Below are positions 57,248-64,000 of a stretch of 64,000 bases of DNA, one piece after another. The notes under the pieces are model-generated. The model ran no database searches. It worked only from the letters and a program-made list of their open reading frames with translations, and was not told where the DNA came from. The stretch is taken from IMG/VR virus record IMGVR_UViG_3300020207_002070. The stretch is one strand, 5' to 3'. The position numbers and the translations under genes were made by a program. Within the stretch, counting starts at the first letter, position 1, and every line of letters starts with the position of its first letter. This stretch comes from an uncultured virus (IMG/VR IMGVR_UViG_3300020207_002070) (taxonomy: Duplodnaviria > Heunggongvirae > Uroviricota > Caudoviricetes).

Positions 57248-60200
57248 CTATTGCAAATCACCGCGTGTAGGATCGACAAATGTCTTAAAGAAATAAGCCA
57301 TTGCAAGTCCGTCTCCTGCCCAAGCTGCTGTTGGTCCTTCTACCATTGCTTTGGTTCCGATTTTAACTTGCCAATCTTCACCACCTTCAGGTATTGAAGA
57401 TGTAATTTCGTCTGGTCCGCCTACTTTAACAGTACCTGCTTGTAGCAAACCTGTAAATGTGTCTGAACCACCTTGTGACAACCTACTTGCTAAGTAAGTT
57501 CTAATTGCCCTCTGTGTTGGTACAATATTATTTGAGTTAGCAACAAATGTACCGTCTGTGCTAAACTCTGTAATAACAGTAGGTGATCCGCCAAGTGCAA
57601 CACCACCGATACTCAATTCTGTCAGACCTTCAAGTCCAAACTCTGATGCACTCAAAGTAACAACACCAGTTGCCTGCTCAACTGCAAACAAGTCACCTAC
57701 TCTAAAGTTACCATCTTGGTCTGTGCTTGAATAAAACACACGACCGTTATTTGTCTCTTGGACTTCATCCTGTGGCTCTAGTCCTGTATCTACTGGTAAG
57801 TTAGGATAGTTAGATTGTATTTCGTTACCAAAACCAATGTTTAGGAAGTCGTGGTTAGTAATACGACATTGACTAAATCTTGAACGTATGGTAAACGGTG
57901 TATCATTTTCAGGGGCTGTTTCTTGTGTAAGTTGTGGACTAATTGATATTAATGCTTCTAGATTTGGAACTTCTGTTCCTCTTAATCTAGTTGCACTTGC
58001 AACTCTATAAATTTCTGGATTCCCGTCAAACTGTAAATTATCACCTGGAGCAGGGAATCTAGTAATTCCTTTTGCAATAAATTCTAATCCAGTTTGGAAC
58101 GAATCTGAGAAGCCATCACCTCTAATCGCAATAGCAGTAGATGTTGAATTATACCCACTACCTTGACTTATAAATGTTGGAGCTCCTAGTGTTCCGTCGC
58201 CAATTCTTATTTGTATAAGAGCTTCTTCTGAATTGTTAGGGTCTGTAATAGTAACTCCAGGGCCAAAACTGTCATCAGTATAACCAGAACCTGTTTCTAA
58301 TAAACTAATTCCAGTAATTCTAGCATTACTAACAGATGCTCTGCCAAATGCTTTACATCCTGCTCTAGCTTTATATGCAGAACTGCCGAATTCATCTATA
58401 GTCATAAACCAACCTTTGTTAGTATTTCGATCAATGCCAAAAGCACAAACATCATAATCGCCGCCGACTGTATCTGTTTCTTGATCCCAGGTATAACCGT
58501 CTGGCGATGTATAACAGATTCCTGTATCTGGGTTAATCACTACAAAAACGCCTTGACCATATTTAATAAATGATCCGCTAACATCTACATTAGAAGCATA
58601 CCAATTTATGCCATTAAAGCTATATGCTGAAGGTCTGTCGTCTCTAGATATTGCTACAAATCTTCCGTTTCCAAATTCAACACTGCTCCAGTTGTCAATA
58701 GTACTTCCGTCGCCATCTTCTCTTAGAGTCATTCCAATCCAAGTAACGCCTCCGTCTGTAGAATATTTTCCAATGTCGTTTGATCTAGAAATAACTACAA
58801 ATGTTTCTTTACCATAAGTAATATCGATCCAGTCTTCGTCACCAATAGCTGGTGAAACTACACTAGTCCATGTAATACCATTGTTATTACTATAAGCAAT
58901 TTGTGATCCGCCGTTTGCTACAGCAACAAAAGTTCCGTTACCGTATGTTACCGCTGCATAGTTTAGACCACCTAAACTAGGTAAGTCTACTGATAACCAT
59001 GTTAACCCATCAGCTGCTGAAACTAGACAATCTGTTCCATCAGCTGACAAAATAAACCAAGTGTTATTGCCGTAACACGCATCTACCCAACCGCCATTAG
59101 TACCAGGAGTGCCTGATATAGGTAATGTATAAACTTCGTCCCAGTCAGTATAATCACTAGTTCCTAAAACAGTATCACCCTGACGAGGTATTGCAAGCAT
59201 TTTATATCCGTCACTTACAATAGCACAGAATCCTAAGCCGTCGCCGCCTTGTATAGTTGGTAGTAACTCAACATAAAAGTTTGGTTTATCAAATGTAATT
59301 CTTGGTTCAATAATATAAACTGATGTAGAGTCAAACTGTGTAACTAAAGGAGTTCCTGCATTAATGTGATCCCAACCAACTTCGTTGATTTGCATAGAAC
59401 CAGTTTCGTCAATTAATGTTACATCCGGGCCGCCTTCTGTTTCAGAAATTGTAATTTCGTATGATGAATTCGTATCAGTTTTAGAAGTTACAAAATATTT
59501 TGTTCCTTCTACGATGCCGCCAAATATTTCTGTAAAGAATGATCCTTCCATTGCATCTCTACCAGCTTCTAATACTAGTTTAGTGCCAGTTGTTTGGCCG
59601 TTCATTGTTCCTGTGGTTGTAGTTAACACAATTTCGTCTAATACCGTAGTAACAATTACATTACCGACTGCTGTTGTTAATGGAACGGCTGCGCCTCCTG
59701 GTGTTTCGGAAATTGTAAATGATGTAGCATCGTTAACAACCTGTATATAGTAAACTTCATCATTATCAAGTTGTCCAAATGTTACACCTGTAAACTTAAT
59801 AGGAGCATTTACAATAAATCCGGCTGTACTATCAACTGTTATAAGGTTTGATATGCCTTCAGTTGCTGTTGCTGTAGTTGTAATTATATCACTTGCTAAG
59901 GTAAAGTTTGTCCCATTTAAAATACTATTAACATAATATTTTGTTTTTTCTTGTAAGCCGCCTAGTATGGTTCCTTCTTTAAAAATAATAGGGTTTAATG
60001 AATTTAAGCCTGAAGTATCAGCAATAGTAAGACTGTTATCAACTGCACTAGATGCTGTTACTTCAATCGGTAATAGTGCTTCTGAAATTGCAAACTCAGT
60101 ATCATTATAAACTTCATGAATATAATAGGTAGCACCTAGTTCAACGCCGCCGATTGATTTACCTGTAAATTGTATAGGAAGTGTTACCTCCATATTAGCA

Positions 60201-63200
60201 GTTGTATCTGCTTCTAAGAAGCTAGTTTGATCTGGATAGTTTAATGTAAATGGCGGAATTTCTCCTGTTAATACAATCGGAGAATCATCTGGATCCTCAA
60301 TGTTTACGTTTGATAACGGCCATACAGCACCGCCTAGTGATGTCGAAATTTGGATTGTTCTGTCGTCAATTACGTCAATAATATAATAATCAAAACCAAC
60401 AATAACGCCGCCAAATGTTGTACCACTAAAGTTAATTTTTTGTCCTATACGTAATCTAGCAGTACTGTCAACGTACATGTAGTTATTTAAATCTCCTAAT
60501 GTACCTAAAACATTTACTCCGCTTTGTGAAGAACTTAGTACGTCTATATTATAAAATGTAGGTGTAAATTCTATTTTTTGTCCTACAAAAATTCCATGAA
60601 AATCTGTATTAGGTCCAAATATAAGAGTATTATCAGCAGTGTTTACTGCTACAATTTCTTGCTGATCAAAAGATTCTTTAACAACAGATGCATACTTAGT
60701 AACTGGATCATAATTTGAAATAATACCATATTGACCAGCTCCAATACCTGACTGTACAACTAATCTCATACCTTCATATTCTGTTGCTGTTGCTACTTCT
60801 GATTGTGCTAATATTAAAAGTTCTGTGCTGCCGCCTTGAGCATTATTTGACTGAATATTGTAACCTAAACCGCCTAATCTAACTGTTTCGCTTTCAAGAA
60901 TTCTTGACTGGAATATTGATCCAGTTCTTACTTCGTCTGCAATTACTTTAACTCCTGTACCAGCACCTGTTATATTGATATTGGCATGTACCGTTGGTGT
61001 ACTGTCAGTATTTTCTACAAAATAATCTGGAGTATCGCCTATTAATATTTGAGCTCCGTAAAAATTTGTATACCCAGCAATACCGTCAATTCCTCGAGGA
61101 TAAACTCGCATTGTTAAATTTGTATTTTGTGCTGTTTCGTCAAATATTGAATATGAAAGTCTCCACCAACCGTCTTCTAAGAAGTCGGCTCGAAGATCAG
61201 TTGGGTCATTTAAATTTCCTAATTGAGATAATGTTGTAAATTCCTCTGTATCAAAATTAAAACGACAACTATATGTTTTTTCTTCTCCTGGTGTAGGCGA
61301 TCCACTAAAAATTCCTTCTAAATCAAAATAAGCAGTGTCTCCTTTTTTAGCATGAATACTAACATTATATTTTAATGCAGATCCTAAAGGAACTGTACCT
61401 TCATGATTAATTCCAGAAATTGCTGTAATACTCAAATCTTGCACTGTAACCGTAATATCATTTTCTGGTGATCGTCCGCCGAAATTTCGACCGTCTATTT
61501 GTATTTGATTACCAATAACATAACCGCTGCCGCCGTTATTAACTGTTACCTCATAGCTTTCAGCAAGAACTTTAACATCAAATGTTGCTTCAATACCAGA
61601 ACCGCTAATATTTGTTCCCGCAACATTTGTATAAGTTCTTCCTTGAGGTCCAATACCAATTTGTTGTTCAAAATATGCACTGTCAGTTAGAGAAGTATTT
61701 GCAGTTACTCTCCAAGCAAATTCGTTTTCATAAGGAGTAGTATTTGCACGTATAACACTAATATTTGAGTCATTGGTCCAAACAGAATCTAATAGATCGT
61801 TTGTATAAGTTAATAAGTTTGTGACCTTTTTAAAGTATTCTGATCCGCCATGTGTATATTGTATTTTTAATATTTCAGAATTTGCACCTAACGCAGAAAC
61901 TGCTTCAGCTGTTGCTTCTCCTGATTTGTTGTTAATTATACCAGTTGCAGGAGTTTCTGAATCGTCAAATCCTTCTGAAATAACACCAAAAGTACCATAA
62001 GATGAGTTACCATTTGTTGCACGAATTTTTGCTCCGTCTTCTGCAAAGTAACCTGCATAGTTATAATAAGAGAACACAGAAACACATTCTGTTAATGCAT
62101 CGCCACCTTTACACCAAATACCAATACCATCTGAAATAATTTGTGTAAAGTCGTTTGATACCATTGAACGATTTCCGCCATTGTGTAATGTTGAGTCAAT
62201 TTTACAACCAGTACATCCTTTACCGAACGTAGTTACGTTTTGAATATAAGGAGATTTATATGTAATCCAGGCTTCAGTATCGTCTGGTCCTTTGCCTGGA
62301 TCAAGTGCTACATATGCACCTCCAGTTGGACGTCTTGTTAAGTATTCGTTTTCTTCTGTTAATGTACCACGTAAACCTTTGACAGTTAAATTTCTAATAC
62401 CTGTAGCGTTACGCACACGGAACATATCTTTAAGAGCATTACCTCCATATACATACATTCCGCCAATGTTTGTTTGTAATTCAACACTTGGTCCGTCTGG
62501 TACTTCAGAAACACTGAATGTTGTATCAGTAATCGAGTCGCCAATAACATAATAAGTTTGTCCTGCAACAACATTACCAATTATAGTACTAATTTCGTCA
62601 ATTGGATTTAATGAAACAAATTGTACCGGAGAATTATGTACCATATTACGTGTTGATCCTACAGTAAACACATTAATATCGCCTGTTGTTCGTGTACATA
62701 AAGTATTAATAGGATTAGCAGGTTGTATTGTTGTACCACGTAGTTCGTCACCATTAATTGCTGTGTTAGCAGGAACAACAATCGGAAGTTCTTCAAGATA
62801 TGTTCCAGATTTTACATTAATTGTACAGTATGCTCCTTCGTTTGCAGACGGAATGTTATCAGGTGATCCTGCAACAAATGATTCTACATATATTCTTTCA
62901 AGTGCTCTGACTATTGTAAGTGTATCGCTTTCTAATGTTAAACTACTATTAATATATTGTGTTACAATGCCATTGTCTAATGGCCTTCCTAGTCTATCAG
63001 ATTCTAGCTGTTGATAACTTGTTGACGACAGTGTGTTTGTAAGAGCTTTTTCAATATTATTAAATAATTCTACAAAGTAAACTATAAAATAAGGTGCTTG
63101 TGCTGCAATTTCTTCGTTAGTAAACTTGTTTGTACTTTCTAAATCAAAATAAGAAAGGGCTGCTGCAACAGTTTGAGAGTTGCCACCTTTTTTCAAATCT

Positions 63201-64000
63201 TTAACTACTGCGTCAATAATTTGACGAGTATCTCTTATAACCTTATCATTATCAAAGTTTACAGAATCAGCAAACGGCTCGGTTCCTTGGTTTTGCTGAT
63301 ACAAGAACCAGTAAAAAGTTTCTTGTGTAATCCACTCTTTGTTTCTTTCTATTAGCTCTTTAGCATTTTGTTGTAAAGTTCCTTCTAAAACTCTTTCACA
63401 TGCGTACTTAACAGTTTTCCATGCAGTGTCAGGTGTTGTTCCGTATGTTGGTACATCTAAACCGTTTATTGCAACATAATAAACATTTGTAGTAAAGTTA
63501 ATGTCACTCCAAGTAGGCAATCCATTTACAACTTTTAAAATACTTGCTTCGTCGCCTATTGGTAGTGCAATGTTTCCTTCGTTGCTATCAAATGTAACTA
63601 ATTCACCTGGTTGACTTAAACTATTTCTTTGATCATGTTGTAAATAAATTACCCAATAATTAGTTTGAAAATCTACATCAGGTCTATTAACTAAAGCCGA
63701 AGTGTGTTCTCTAATAGCTCTGTATGTTGCATTTCCGTAATATACAACATCGTCAATATTATATAGAGATCCTTCAGCCCAACGACCTTCCCAGTTAAAT
63801 CCTGGTATTAACAGTTCCCAATATGCAAAATTAGTACCTACAAAAGTTAACACAGCTTCGTCAGATATCGTGCCGTCTGGCGCATAGTTTAATGTTACTG
63901 TAATTAATTTTGTTTCTTCGTCAACACTAACAGTTTCAACTTGTTGTCCACTAGCAAATCCTTCGCCGATAACTGTCATACCAACTGTTATAGCACCTAG
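57248..64000 (-). CDS. Second giant virion protein (>2250 aa, 5' end outside the window), paralogue of 45993..57215
   Basis: Frame is open to the window edge. Shares RNATG.RN.TV.GLRG, Y.QNVTTFG.GC.GCKID..LH.GGNRS.VSNDFTQ, RATNGNSSYGT.GV and the HDFL.IG.GN...GRVF..STDQDGNF C-terminus. Confidence 0.8.
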   Translation of the reverse strand, partial: LGAITVGMTVIGEGFASGQQVETVSVDEETKLITVTLNYAPDGTISDEAVLTFVGTNFAYWELLIPGFNWEGRWAEGSLYNIDDVVYYGNATYRAIREHTSALVNRPDVDFQTNYWVIYLQHDQRNSLSQPGELVTFDSNEGNIALPIGDEASILKVVNGLPTWSDINFTTNVYYVAINGLDVPTYGTTPDTAWKTVKYACERVLEGTLQQNAKELIERNKEWITQETFYWFLYQQNQGTEPFADSVNFDNDKVIRDTRQIIDAVVKDLKKGGNSQTVAAALSYFDLESTNKFTNEEIAAQAPYFIVYFVELFNNIEKALTNTLSSTSYQQLESDRLGRPLDNGIVTQYINSSLTLESDTLTIVRALERIYVESFVAGSPDNIPSANEGAYCTINVKSGTYLEELPIVVPANTAINGDELRGTTIQPANPINTLCTRTTGDINVFTVGSTRNMVHNSPVQFVSLNPIDEISTIIGNVVAGQTYYVIGDSITDTTFSVSEVPDGPSVELQTNIGGMYVYGGNALKDMFRVRNATGIRNLTVKGLRGTLTEENEYLTRRPTGGAYVALDPGKGPDDTEAWITYKSPYIQNVTTFGKGCTGCKIDSTLHNGGNRSMVSNDFTQIISDGIGIWCKGGDALTECVSVFSYYNYAGYFAEDGAKIRATNGNSSYGTFGVISEGFDDSETPATGIINNKSGEATAEAVSALGANSEILKIQYTHGGSEYFKKVTNLLTYTNDLLDSVWTNDSNISVIRANTTPYENEFAWRVTANTSLTDSAYFEQQIGIGPQGRTYTNVAGTNISGSGIEATFDVKVLAESYEVTVNNGGSGYVIGNQIQIDGRNFGGRSPENDITVTVQDLSITAISGINHEGTVPLGSALKYNVSIHAKKGDTAYFDLEGIFSGSPTPGEEKTYSCRFNFDTEEFTTLSQLGNLNDPTDLRADFLEDGWWRLSYSIFDETAQNTNLTMRVYPRGIDGIAGYTNFYGAQILIGDTPDYFVENTDSTPTVHANINITGAGTGVKVIADEVRTGSIFQSRILESETVRLGGLGYNIQSNNAQGGSTELLILAQSEVATATEYEGMRLVVQSGIGAGQYGIISNYDPVTKYASVVKESFDQQEIVAVNTADNTLIFGPNTDFHGIFVGQKIEFTPTFYNIDVLSSSQSGVNVLGTLGDLNNYMYVDSTARLRIGQKINFSGTTFGGVIVGFDYYIIDVIDDRTIQISTSLGGAVWPLSNVNIEDPDDSPIVLTGEIPPFTLNYPDQTSFLEADTTANMEVTLPIQFTGKSIGGVELGATYYIHEVYNDTEFAISEALLPIEVTASSAVDNSLTIADTSGLNSLNPIIFKEGTILGGLQEKTKYYVNSILNGTNFTLASDIITTTATATEGISNLITVDSTAGFIVNAPIKFTGVTFGQLDNDEVYYIQVVNDATSFTISETPGGAAVPLTTAVGNVIVTTVLDEIVLTTTTGTMNGQTTGTKLVLEAGRDAMEGSFFTEIFGGIVEGTKYFVTSKTDTNSSYEITISETEGGPDVTLIDETGSMQINEVGWDHINAGTPLVTQFDSTSVYIIEPRITFDKPNFYVELLPTIQGGDGLGFCAIVSDGYKMLAIPRQGDTVLGTSDYTDWDEVYTLPISGTPGTNGGWVDACYGNNTWFILSADGTDCLVSAADGLTWLSVDLPSLGGLNYAAVTYGNGTFVAVANGGSQIAYSNNNGITWTSVVSPAIGDEDWIDITYGKETFVVISRSNDIGKYSTDGGVTWIGMTLREDGDGSTIDNWSSVEFGNGRFVAISRDDRPSAYSFNGINWYASNVDVSGSFIKYGQGVFVVINPDTGICYTSPDGYTWDQETDTVGGDYDVCAFGIDRNTNKGWFMTIDEFGSSAYKARAGCKAFGRASVSNARITGISLLETGSGYTDDSFGPGVTITDPNNSEEALIQIRIGDGTLGAPTFISQGSGYNSTSTAIAIRGDGFSDSFQTGLEFIAKGITRFPAPGDNLQFDGNPEIYRVASATRLRGTEVPNLEALISISPQLTQETAPENDTPFTIRSRFSQCRITNHDFLNIGFGNEIQSNYPNLPVDTGLEPQDEVQETNNGRVFYSSTDQDGNFRVGDLFAVEQATGVVTLSASEFGLEGLTELSIGGVALGGSPTVITEFSTDGTFVANSNNIVPTQRAIRTYLASRLSQGGSDTFTGLLQAGTVKVGGPDEITSSIPEGGEDWQVKIGTKAMVEGPTAAWAGDGLAMAYFFKTFVDPTRGDLQ

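Noticed and set aside
43665..63355. Many + strand ORFs of 60-160 aa opposite the fibre and giant genes
   Set aside because: Expected antisense ORFs from the codon bias of Thr/Gly/Ala-rich genes; no promoters, SD sites or motifs.
1..64000. tRNA/rRNA genes, CRISPR arrays, DGR, stop-codon recoding
   Set aside because: Intergenic gaps are short and explained by promoters and terminators. No cloverleaf, reverse transcriptase or repeat-spacer array was seen. Core genes are intact in the standard code and end with TAA, TAG and TGA.

Overview
A gene-dense 64 kb segment of a large, AT-rich T4-like myovirus genome, mostly on the - strand and truncated at both ends. From left to right it holds: UvsW helicase; a ~9.5 kb glycan-modification island (glycosyl-, sulfo-, methyl- and nucleotidyltransferases); uvsY/uvsX/gp32; probable head-internal proteins; terminase; gp4; an S8 protease; tail tube and sheath; an HNH protein and dNMP kinase; neck proteins and tail terminator; an ADP-heptose operon (hldE, hldD, cupin, gmhB) facing a GT9 / carbamoyltransferase / 2OG-oxygenase operon; tail fibres; and two paralogous giant virion proteins. 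The most striking observation is in the 3740-aa protein. It carries about ten ~150-aa helical repeats that resemble phycobiliprotein globin domains, and eight of them keep the bilin-attachment-like motif C-x-R-D, so this may be a chromophore-binding virion protein. Other points of note are systematic leaderless gene starts 4-6 nt after promoter elements, a heptose pathway with a cupin where GmhA would be expected, and a tail-fibre-type protein with 37 Cys. All product calls come from motif recognition by eye; no searches were run.
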